A DNA stretch of 24,000 bases from an uncultured Planctomycetia bacterium (GTDB lineage: Bacteria > Omnitrophota > Gorgyraeia > Duberdicusellales > 4484-171), in contig CAZSDJ010000007.1 of NCBI GenBank assembly GCA_964605645.1, positions 1 to 24,000 of the forward strand, read 5' to 3'. The notes beneath the pieces were generated by a model. That model was not told the DNA's origin. It made no database searches and was given only the letters and a program-made list of their open reading frames with translations. Positions 16,483 to 22,758 of the stretch are shown here, piece after piece. A program made the position numbers and the translations under genes. Every line of letters starts with the position of its first letter. The first letter of the stretch is position 1.

Positions 16483-17277
16483 TTAGTATTTTTCTAATAA
16501 TGAGGGAATAATAATTTTTGCGTCTTTTACTAAGTTTGCTTCGGATTCATCAAAAAGAAAAGGCTGCAATGAGTCAGCCTGTTTTTTTAGTTCTTTTTTG
16601 GAAAAGCCTTCAATTCTTTTTGTTATTGTTTGAAAAGGCTTTGTCTTGATGCCTAAAGTTTTTAACCTGTTTTTATCAATCGGATATTTATTTGAAAGCA
16701 TAAAAATTATATCATAAATATGCCTGCCTTTATTTTTTTTTCTGAGGGCATCGATTTTGTCAGCAAATAAAATGCTCTTTCTAGTGCAGAGGCAAGGATA
16801 AAACTGGCCAAAACCGGCAGCTACTTCTGTTTCTGTATTTATTCTTTGTTTTAACAAAACAGATTCTATTTTAATAATGATTCCTTCTTTTTTGGAATAT
16901 TTTGATTTTGCTTTATATGTTTGTTCTATTTGAGGGAAAATTAAATTTGCTACGTAAAGATTGCCCCAATGAGAAAACTCTAATTTAGGTTTTAGGCCAA
17001 TTCTTTTTAATTCATTTTTTACTTTTTCGAGAAGCTTTTCAAATTTAAGTTTGGTTATTTTGTTACTGTTAAAATCTAAATCTTCAGAAAATCTTTTTAA
17101 GTTATGAATCAATCTAAGATAAGTTCCTCCGGTAAAATAAAGTTTTTTCCCTTCCGGAATCTTATAAATTTCCTTTAGAATAAGGATTTGTAAATATTCT
17201 CGTAAAATTCCCCGGATTTTTGTAGGCGGCATCTCCCTTGATTTAGCCTGTTCTAACAAAGTTTCATAAGTCAGCAT
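16483..17277 (-). CDS. abiEii: AbiEii/AbiGii-family nucleotidyltransferase toxin (type IV TA / abortive infection)
   Basis: 264 aa. The motif YFTGGTYLRLIHNLKRFSEDLDFN is the DUF1814/AbiEii nucleotidyltransferase signature. The gene overlaps the upstream partner by 14 nt. Confidence 0.8.
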   Translation of the reverse strand: MLTYETLLEQAKSREMPPTKIRGILREYLQILILKEIYKIPEGKKLYFTGGTYLRLIHNLKRFSEDLDFNSNKITKLKFEKLLEKVKNELKRIGLKPKLEFSHWGNLYVANLIFPQIEQTYKAKSKYSKKEGIIIKIESVLLKQRINTETEVAAGFGQFYPCLCTRKSILFADKIDALRKKNKGRHIYDIIFMLSNKYPIDKNRLKTLGIKTKPFQTITKRIEGFSKKELKKQADSLQPFLFDESEANLVKDAKIIIPSLLEKY

Positions 17278-17872
17278 AAAATTCTCCCAGATTAAGATTA
17301 TAAAGTCTAGCGTATTTATTCAATTTTTTCTTATTAAGAGATTTAAGTTTTTTTTCATCAAACCGTTGGTCTTTTAAATTTATTTTTTTATTACGGTAAT
17401 TATTAAAATAGAGATAATCAATAAAGGCTTTTTCCGGCTCGGCAATAAGAATATTAAAATCGCCTTGTTTTTCTAAATAGTATCCCGCGAAAGCTTTTGG
17501 TTGGACTGTTTTATAAATAAAAAGGCCATGTTTATTTTTAAATTTGCGCGTAGGTTTTGTAGAGATAGACGTTACCGCCATAGATACTTCCGGAATAATG
17601 CTGTAATCCGATAAGGCAGTTTCTAGTGAGATATAAGAAGGATTATAAAGTTTGTTAGCAATATAAAAATCAGGGATCATAAAATCAGTTGGGAAGCTTA
17701 ACTCATATAAACCTCGCTTCAGGTGATAAATCCATCCTTTTTCACACCACCGAAACAGCATTTTTTTTAGATTTTCTTTTTTTTCGCTAGGTGAGAAGGA
17801 GAGAAGATCATCATAGGAAAAAATGAAGTATTTATGTTTTTCTAAAGTTTTGTAAAGTTCTTGAAATCTCAT
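17264..17872 (-). CDS. abiEi: AbiEi-family antitoxin / wHTH regulator
   Basis: 202 aa. The N-terminal wHTH-like pattern (…IFSYDDLLSF…LKKMLFRWCEKGWIYHLKRGLYEL) is typical of AbiEi. The gene lies immediately upstream of abiEii. Confidence 0.7.
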   Translation of the reverse strand: MRFQELYKTLEKHKYFIFSYDDLLSFSPSEKKENLKKMLFRWCEKGWIYHLKRGLYELSFPTDFMIPDFYIANKLYNPSYISLETALSDYSIIPEVSMAVTSISTKPTRKFKNKHGLFIYKTVQPKAFAGYYLEKQGDFNILIAEPEKAFIDYLYFNNYRNKKINLKDQRFDEKKLKSLNKKKLNKYARLYNLNLGEFYADL

Positions 17873-17979
17873 TTCACTAAGTACTCTTTTTTGTCCACTT
17901 ACTGAAACAAGTGTAACCTAATTTTCAAGGTTTGTCAAGGGTTGGAAGGTGATAGCTTGCGGTTATCAGAAGAAAGTAA

Positions 17980-18261
17980 TTAGCCTTCCTTGCGCAAATG
18001 GACTTGTTGATAAACCTCTTTTCTGTGGCCTATTTTAAAAATAATAATATCTTTTTTATCTATTTTATAAATAACCCGGTAATCACCGACGCGAAGTTTT
18101 CGATATTGCTGTAAGCCTCTTTTTAGGGGTTGCCCGTATTTTGTCGGTTCTGCCAATAATCTTTCTTCAATCGCTTTGCGAATTCTTTTTTGGAGATTTT
18201 TCGGTATTTTGGGCAGATCCTTTCTTTTAATATCGGGATGATAAAGTAAATTATAAGCCAT
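17980..18261 (-). CDS. RelE/ParE-family type II toxin
   Basis: 93 aa. …LPKIPKNLQKRIRKAIEERLLAEPTKYGQPLKRGLQQYRKLRVGDYRVIYKIDKKDIIIFKIGHRKEVY is a typical RelE/StbE pattern. Confidence 0.85.
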   Translation of the reverse strand: MAYNLLYHPDIKRKDLPKIPKNLQKRIRKAIEERLLAEPTKYGQPLKRGLQQYRKLRVGDYRVIYKIDKKDIIIFKIGHRKEVYQQVHLRKEG

Positions 18262-18489
18262 TTATTCCCAAGTTTCTTGATGCGATAGAGATTTTTTAGG
18301 AGAAAAGGTTTTTTCTCTTTCCTGGGCTGATTTTTGCCAATAGCTGTCTGCATGGAGTTCTAACGCCTCTTTGATCAAATCCCTTGCTGCCAAAGAGAGA
18401 GAAACTCCTTCTCGATGTGCCAATTTATCTAAAGCTTTGTATAATCTTGGTTCCAACACAACATTTAAACGCGGGTTTTTTGTCGGCAT
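18262..18489 (-). CDS. ribbon-helix-helix (CopG-like) antitoxin
   Basis: The preferred start is MPTKNPRLNVVLEPRLYKALDKLAHREGVSLSLAARDLIKEALE. On the - strand, GGAGGTG lies 7 nt upstream of this ATG. The stop abuts the toxin start (TAAATG). The longer ORF-track start (18537) lacks an RBS. Confidence 0.8.
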   Translation of the reverse strand: MPTKNPRLNVVLEPRLYKALDKLAHREGVSLSLAARDLIKEALELHADSYWQKSAQEREKTFSPKKSLSHQETWE

Positions 18490-18558
18490 AATTTTCACCT
18501 CCATATCAAATGTATCACATATGATGAACTTTGTCAAGAGCGGCTGGGGAGCATATTT

Positions 18559-19074
18559 TTATTTGGGGTAATATTTATCATTTTTCCAATTGCCAGGATT
18601 ATCGAGGATGTAATGGCGGATGCGGTTTAAATTGAATTCAGTGCGGATTGTGTGTTCATAATAATTGCGTTGCCAAATCGGTTGTTTTGGCATATTCCGT
18701 AATTGGTTGATCTGTTTTGTTGTTGTTGATTTAAACAATTTAACAATTGTCGGTATTGAATTTGGCGTGGAGCAACCAAATTTTTCAACATGATTATGTA
18801 CGGGCACATTGCAATGTGCCCGTACGATATTGATTATTCCATGGATATGATTTGGCATTATAATAAATTCATCCAATTCAATATTTTTACGGATTTTTTC
18901 CGTTTTACACCATTCTTTTTGAATAATTCTCCCATATTTATTTAAAATCATTTTTTCATTATATATATCGCCAAACAGGTATTTACGATTATTTACACAT
19001 ATTGTCACATAATACATACCTGGTTGGCTGTAATTGTAATTTTTTAATCGTATTGATTTGCGGTTTTTTAACAT
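18559..19074 (-). CDS. REP-associated tyrosine transposase (RAYT; IS200/IS605-like Y1 HUH transposase, COG1943-type)
   Basis: Typical N-terminus MLKNRKSIRLKNYNYSQPGMYYVTICV, HUH motif PNHIHGII and catalytic-Tyr block IWQRNYYEHTIRTE…IRHYILDNPGNW. The ORF-track start at 19098 lies inside the flanking palindrome, so the second Met (19074) is preferred. Confidence 0.85.
   Translation of the reverse strand: MLKNRKSIRLKNYNYSQPGMYYVTICVNNRKYLFGDIYNEKMILNKYGRIIQKEWCKTEKIRKNIELDEFIIMPNHIHGIINIVRAHCNVPVHNHVEKFGCSTPNSIPTIVKLFKSTTTKQINQLRNMPKQPIWQRNYYEHTIRTEFNLNRIRHYILDNPGNWKNDKYYPK
18798..18825. repeat. 28-bp perfect palindrome GTACGGGCACATTGCAATGTGCCCGTAC, a REP copy inside the RAYT coding sequence
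   Basis: Read directly. It encodes …VRAHCNVPV… between the HUH motif and the Tyr helix of the RAYT. Confidence 0.8.
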
Positions 19075-19086
19075 GGGTTTTATTTG

Positions 19087-19114
19087 GTAGGGGCACATTG
19101 CAATGTGCCCCTAC
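19087..19114. repeat. 28-bp perfect palindrome GTAGGGGCACATTGCAATGTGCCCCTAC (REP)
   Basis: Read directly. It lies in the divergent intergenic region between the RAYT and the 478-aa ORF. Confidence 0.85.
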
Positions 19115-19202
19115 ATTGTTATTTTTTACCCCCTTTACTTATAGACGAAATAAAACGGGAAATTCTTTCATTTTTTTTGATTTTATTCTATAATAGATAA
19201 TA

Positions 19203-20639
19203 ATGAAGAAAAAGATTGATGCCCGCCTGAAGAAGCTGGTGCTCAACCAACACAGAAATAATCCTAATCTAGGGGTGAGGAAGCTTTCTGACTTGTTAGA
19301 GAAGAAATACGGCGTCTTATTATCGAAAAGCAGTGTTCACTCTGTATTACAAGCTAAAGGAGCTAAGCTTAAAAAGGGGCGAAAAGAAGCTAAATTAGCT
19401 TATGAAAAAAACAGTATTCCGGAAGCAGGATTATTACTATTGCGCTGTATCGATAGTCAGATCGGATTCTTTGAGTATGTTAGCGATGAACTCAATATCT
19501 ACACCCCAAAGTTAAAAAAAGAATTGTTGAAAAAATTTATAATTTTAGCTAGCCTTGCTTTTTTATCAGCTGAAAAACCAAATACAGCAGCTCGTAAAAA
19601 GAGTTATTTACGGTTAGCGGGGTTGTATAGATTTCCCGTTAAAAAGTTCAATTATTTTAAAAAACAGATAGTGCGTTATCAGCCCACCCTGGAACTGAAA
19701 TTACTACATAAAAATTTAACGATTATTTCAGGAATAAAAATTATATTTATAGATAGGTCTTATATTTTTTCTGATGCAAAAATGACAACTCTTTGGGATT
19801 CTGTGCCCAAGATAGAATATTTCTTTTCTTCTCTCCAAGATGCAAAAAATCGCGTTATGAAAATGGCCAAAGAAGGTTTATTTATTTTTGGTTATACTAA
19901 AAGCTGGGGTCATCTATCCACCTTGGTTTTTAAATTAATTAAAGGCCAGAAGCAAAGGATCGCAGCGGTACAATTTTTAGATACAAAAGCGAAGGTGGTT
20001 GAGAAAATTGAGATGAAGAAAAAAACAGATTTTATTTTAGGTTATTATCCGAAAGGAGTTTCGAAAGGGTTAAATTTTCCTAAAAAACAAAAGCGATACA
20101 AGTGCATTCATCTTACTCCTTTAGGCACTTATTATCTTCTTGATTTATCTATAGAATTTATACAAAACATTGATAATGAAAGAATTATATCAAATAACGT
20201 CCTAATAAGAGATAAGAATTATGGCCTGCCTAATTGGGGTTTAATTACTTCTTATCAGAAAATTACCAAAACTCTCTTAAAGGATATAATTAACAGTTAC
20301 TTGTATTTATGGCCGGATAGAGAAGAAAGTTTTTTTGCAGGGACAAAAGCGATTGAACAATCTTTTTTCAACAAAGACGCGCAAAAAAAAGAAATAATGG
20401 GGATATTACCGCATAAATTAAGTTTTTCTCAATTAACGGATTTTAGCCGGGTTGGGCAATTGTTATCGATTTTGTGTAAAGAATTGGTGGAAGGTTTCGA
20501 ACCAAAACGGAAAAGGGGATTTATAGAAAACGGGAATGATTATCTGTTGGTAGTTTTAGATAAAATTGCTGCTAAAACTAAAAAAAGATTAAATAAACAA
20601 GCTTTTTTTGTGGATGGGAAAAGGGTGTTTTTTCGGTGA
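19203..20639 (+). CDS. hypothetical protein with an N-terminal transposase/integrase-style HTH; possibly a very divergent transposase
   Basis: 478 aa. The N-terminus …LVLNQHRNNPNLGVRKLSDLLEKKYGVLLSKSSVHSVLQAKGAKLKKGRK resembles the HTH that precedes catalytic domains in IS481/IS3-type transposases. …AGLLLLRCIDSQIGF…, …IIFIDRSY… and …YLWPDREESFFAGTK… are only weakly DDE-like. No firm catalytic assignment. Confidence 0.35.
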   Translation: MKKKIDARLKKLVLNQHRNNPNLGVRKLSDLLEKKYGVLLSKSSVHSVLQAKGAKLKKGRKEAKLAYEKNSIPEAGLLLLRCIDSQIGFFEYVSDELNIYTPKLKKELLKKFIILASLAFLSAEKPNTAARKKSYLRLAGLYRFPVKKFNYFKKQIVRYQPTLELKLLHKNLTIISGIKIIFIDRSYIFSDAKMTTLWDSVPKIEYFFSSLQDAKNRVMKMAKEGLFIFGYTKSWGHLSTLVFKLIKGQKQRIAAVQFLDTKAKVVEKIEMKKKTDFILGYYPKGVSKGLNFPKKQKRYKCIHLTPLGTYYLLDLSIEFIQNIDNERIISNNVLIRDKNYGLPNWGLITSYQKITKTLLKDIINSYLYLWPDREESFFAGTKAIEQSFFNKDAQKKEIMGILPHKLSFSQLTDFSRVGQLLSILCKELVEGFEPKRKRGFIENGNDYLLVVLDKIAAKTKKRLNKQAFFVDGKRVFFR

Positions 20640-20667
20640 GGAGGGGCACATTGCAATGTGCCCCTAC
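20640..20667. repeat. REP copy GGAGGGGCACATTGCAATGTGCCCCTAC (27/28 identical to 19087-19114; 24-bp perfect palindrome core 20642-20665)
   Basis: Read directly. It starts 1 nt after the stop codon of the 478-aa ORF. Confidence 0.85.
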
Positions 20668-20747
20668 CATACAACGATGCGTTGAAAAAAGCGCTTTCAT
20701 AATCTCCCTTTTTGCCTTGTTTTTTGTGGTAATTTTGTCATGTTATA

Positions 20748-20756
20748 TGTTATAAT
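20748..20756 (+). promoter_or_regulatory. extended -10 promoter candidate (TGtTATAAT) for the pilin array
   Basis: TG at 20748-20749 and TATAAT at 20751-20756, in the 190-bp intergenic region upstream of the first pilin gene. There is no convincing -35. Confidence 0.3.
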
Positions 20757-20767
20757 AAGAGTGTTTT

Positions 20768-20835
20768 GGGGGAGGCGCGAAAATGCGTAAAAATGTATTT
20801 TTAACAAGCCGGATGCCTCCCCCGAGGTTATCCGG
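20768..20835 (+). promoter_or_regulatory. structured 5' leader with two mutually exclusive hairpins upstream of the first pilin gene
   Basis: GGGGGAGGC (20768-20776) pairs with GCCTCCCCC (20815-20823). CCGGAT (20809-20814) pairs with ATCCGG (20830-20835), followed by TTTTG. The two stems are adjacent and appear sterically incompatible. Confidence 0.3.
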
Positions 20836-20857
20836 TTTTGTAATTATGGAGACAAAA

Positions 20858-21154
20858 ATGAAAAAAGCACAGTCAATAGTCGAATACGCAATAGCATTTG
20901 TGGTGGTGGTCAGCGGCATAATTGCTATCGGTTTTATTGCTGATGCAAGAGGAGTTTTCCAAAATCATTTTGATGAAGTAATGCAGGAAATGAGCATGAA
21001 CAATCAACCTGTTGCTGTTGTTTTGAATTCGGATAATAGTTCTGAAAAAGATGATTCTAAAACAGCTGCTTCTGAAGAGAACAATTCCGAAGAAGATGAT
21101 TCTACTGGTGTTAAAGCTGGAGGAATAAGTGCTTTTGGTGTTTGGTGGAAGTAG
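20858..21154 (+). CDS. pilin-like protein P1 (class III signal, Flp/TadE-like N-terminus, acidic S/D/E-rich tail)
   Basis: GGAG lies 6 nt upstream of ATG 20858. Begins MKKA|QSIVEYAIAFVVVVSGIIAIGF…. The ORF-track start at 20783 would add a 25-aa leader and sits inside the leader hairpin. Confidence 0.65.
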   Translation: MKKAQSIVEYAIAFVVVVSGIIAIGFIADARGVFQNHFDEVMQEMSMNNQPVAVVLNSDNSSEKDDSKTAASEENNSEEDDSTGVKAGGISAFGVWWK

Positions 21155-21178
21155 TTTTGGTTTTTAATTTTAAAAATA

Positions 21179-21367
21179 ATGAAACGAAACAAAAGTAAAG
21201 TTATGATTAGAAAATTACAAAAAAGTAAAGCACAGTCGATTTTAGAGTATTCATTGTTGATAATGGTGATAGCTGCAGCCTTGATGGCGATGCAGAAGTA
21301 TATACGCCGAGCGATGAACGCACGATTAAAACAAGTACAGGAAGAATTAGATGAATCTTCACGATAA
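21179..21367 (+). CDS. pilin-like protein P2 (short, Flp-sized)
   Basis: …KLQKSKA|QSILEYSLLIMVIAAALMAMQKYIRRAMNARLKQ…. 62 aa, or 54 aa if it starts at ATG 21203. No strong SD at either start. Confidence 0.6.
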   Translation: MKRNKSKVMIRKLQKSKAQSILEYSLLIMVIAAALMAMQKYIRRAMNARLKQVQEELDESSR

Positions 21368-21383
21368 CTTAAGGAGGTGGGAG

Positions 21384-21575
21384 ATGTTAAGGAAGGGGCA
21401 AAGTATTTTGGAATACATGATTATTTTAGCGGTAATAATTGCTGCGGTGGTTGTTGGCGCTAAATATATGCAGAAGAGCACCGACCAAGGACTGCAAGAT
21501 GCAACTGGTGCTATGGAAAGTGCAACCGGTAAGTTCAAGAGCCAAGTTGGCGGCGGTCTCGGTGACGGAAATTAA
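21384..21575 (+). CDS. pilin-like protein P3 (short, Flp-sized)
   Basis: AGGAGGTG (21372-21379) precedes ATG 21384. Begins MLRKG|QSILEYMIILAVIIAAVVVGAKYMQK…. The ORF-track start at 21351 overlaps P2 and lacks an RBS. Confidence 0.75.
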   Translation: MLRKGQSILEYMIILAVIIAAVVVGAKYMQKSTDQGLQDATGAMESATGKFKSQVGGGLGDGN

Positions 21576-21598
21576 AAATAATTTTTAGGAGGTGGCAG

Positions 21599-21985
21599 AT
21601 GTTAATAGTTTTAAGAAAAAAAATAAGAGCCCAGTCAACGGCAGAGTATGCGATCTTTTTTGGCATCATTATTGCTGTGGCAATCGGGATGCAGAAGTAT
21701 CTAAAAAGAGGCATGCAGGGAAAGGTGAAGTCAGTTACCGATGCGGTAGGGCAATCGGCGCAAGGCCAAACTATTGCCGGAACTGGTGTAACCCTACAAG
21801 ATGAAGGCCAATATGTGCCCTATTATCTTGTTGATCAGGATTCAGGAACAACTAGTAGGAGCCAAGAGGTTAGCAAAGAAATGGCTACAACTGACGGCGG
21901 CGCTTTCACCAGAACGGAAACTCAAGATGCGGAAGCTGATTCTACGCAAACAGAAACATATTCTATTGGCGATCAAGGCTATTAA
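21599..21985 (+). CDS. pilin-like protein P4
   Basis: TAGGAGGTGG lies upstream. Begins MLIVLRKKIRA|QSTAEYAIFFGIIIAVAIGMQKYLKRGMQGKVKS…. T/D/E/Q-rich tail. Confidence 0.75.
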   Translation: MLIVLRKKIRAQSTAEYAIFFGIIIAVAIGMQKYLKRGMQGKVKSVTDAVGQSAQGQTIAGTGVTLQDEGQYVPYYLVDQDSGTTSRSQEVSKEMATTDGGAFTRTETQDAEADSTQTETYSIGDQGY

Positions 21986-22021
21986 TCGTTACGGGATAAA
22001 AAGATGAGGAGGAGGTTTTAG

Positions 22022-22330
22022 ATGTTAATGAAAATGCAAAAAGGACAAAGTACCCTAGAATACGCTGCGTTGTTTGCGGTAGTAATCGGGGCGATCATTG
22101 CCGGCCAAGTTTATTTTAAACGCGGTGTGCAAGGCAAACTGAAATCATCGGCAGATCAAATGGGTGAGCAATATTCGTTTGGGGCAACGGGGACTATTAC
22201 TCAAGAGATATCTTCATCGTCTGAAGAAGTTACAGGTGGCGGAACAACTACAACTACTTCCCAACAAACTCAAAGCCAGGAAAGTGATATTAACATTGGC
22301 GGATTTGATGAGGAGTATTGGGGAGAGTAA
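22022..22330 (+). CDS. pilin-like protein P5
   Basis: GAGGAGGAGG lies upstream. Begins MLMKMQKG|QSTLEYAALFAVVIGAIIAGQVYFKRGVQGKLKS…. The tail contains SSSSEEVTGGGTTTTTSQQTQSQES. Confidence 0.75.
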   Translation: MLMKMQKGQSTLEYAALFAVVIGAIIAGQVYFKRGVQGKLKSSADQMGEQYSFGATGTITQEISSSSEEVTGGGTTTTTSQQTQSQESDINIGGFDEEYWGE

Positions 22331-22365
22331 TAATTAAGAAAAGAGCAGAAAAGGAGTGATTATTT

Positions 22366-22728
22366 GTGCGTAAAACTCAGAGTTTATTGAATTATGCGAT
22401 ATTGATGGTGGTGGTTGGCTTAGCTCTTGTTGGGATGAATAAATACTTTAAAAGAGGTGTTCAAGGCAAGGTCGCCGGGCTTTCCGATGCGATGATTGCA
22501 CCTCGCGCAGATCATCTAGCTTATACCGATCAAGACATGGTGCAAAATTCGCAAACAATTCAAGATATGAATGTAAGCATAAATTTAGGAGCAGAAGGGG
22601 CTCAATCCAAACGATCATCTACAACAGCAACTAGTAATACCCATAGAGTTACAGAGGATGAAGATTATGTGGAAGGGGATAGCTCAGGAAATTTAAAGGG
22701 GATAGCTCAGGAGATTTATAAGAAGTAG
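22366..22728 (+). CDS. pilin-like protein P6 (Asn instead of Glu at predicted +5)
   Basis: GTG start with AAGGAG 9 nt upstream. Begins MRKT|QSLLNYAILMVVVGLALVGMNKYFKRGVQGKVAG…. Confidence 0.65.
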   Translation: MRKTQSLLNYAILMVVVGLALVGMNKYFKRGVQGKVAGLSDAMIAPRADHLAYTDQDMVQNSQTIQDMNVSINLGAEGAQSKRSSTTATSNTHRVTEDEDYVEGDSSGNLKGIAQEIYKK

Positions 22729-22758
22729 TTTAAATAAAGTAATTTATTAAAGAAAAAT

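Noticed and set aside
16456-16483. Short CCAGTT/CCAG repeats (CCAGTTgCCAGgccaCCAGTTtCCAGTT) between the abiEii stop and the next gene's start
   Set aside because: These are only three to four copies of a 4-6-nt unit in a 42-bp spacer. This is too short to distinguish from chance or to assign a function.
18123-18571. ORFs 18123-18353 (-) and 18371-18571 (+) overlapping the RelE/RHH pair
   Set aside because: They are alternative frames or the opposite strand of a well-supported TA pair with an RBS and TAAATG junction.
18627-18809. 60-aa ORF in another frame of the RAYT gene
   Set aside because: The RAYT frame carries the HUH and Tyr motifs. This ORF is a frame-shifted artefact.
19002-19193. 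63-aa + strand ORF reading through the REP palindrome (…GRGTLQCAPT…)
   Set aside because: It is mostly antisense to the RAYT 5' end and then crosses the palindrome. This is typical of a spurious ORF generated by a REP sequence.
18798-20667. Possibility that the three 28-bp repeats form a CRISPR array
   Set aside because: The repeats are perfect palindromes. Their spacing is irregular (~260 bp and ~1.5 kb). The 'spacers' are protein-coding genes, and a RAYT is adjacent. This is a REP family, not CRISPR.
20783-20857. Longer start (ATG 20783, GGAGG upstream) for the first pilin, adding the leader MRKNVFLTSRMPPPRLSGFVIMETK
   Set aside because: The SD-like GGAGG is half of a 9-bp hairpin stem. 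ATG 20858 has its own GGAG and gives a leader like the other eight paralogues. The longer start is kept only as a possible leader peptide or regulatory feature.
21004-21192. 62-aa antisense ORF across the P1 3' end
   Set aside because: It lies opposite a pilin paralogue, with a low-complexity translation and no RBS.
21592-22007. ORFs 21592-21804 and 21801-22007 in alternative frames over pilin P4
   Set aside because: The P4 frame has the strong RBS, the class III signal and the family motif. The other frames give C/R/W-rich or K/R-rich nonsense.
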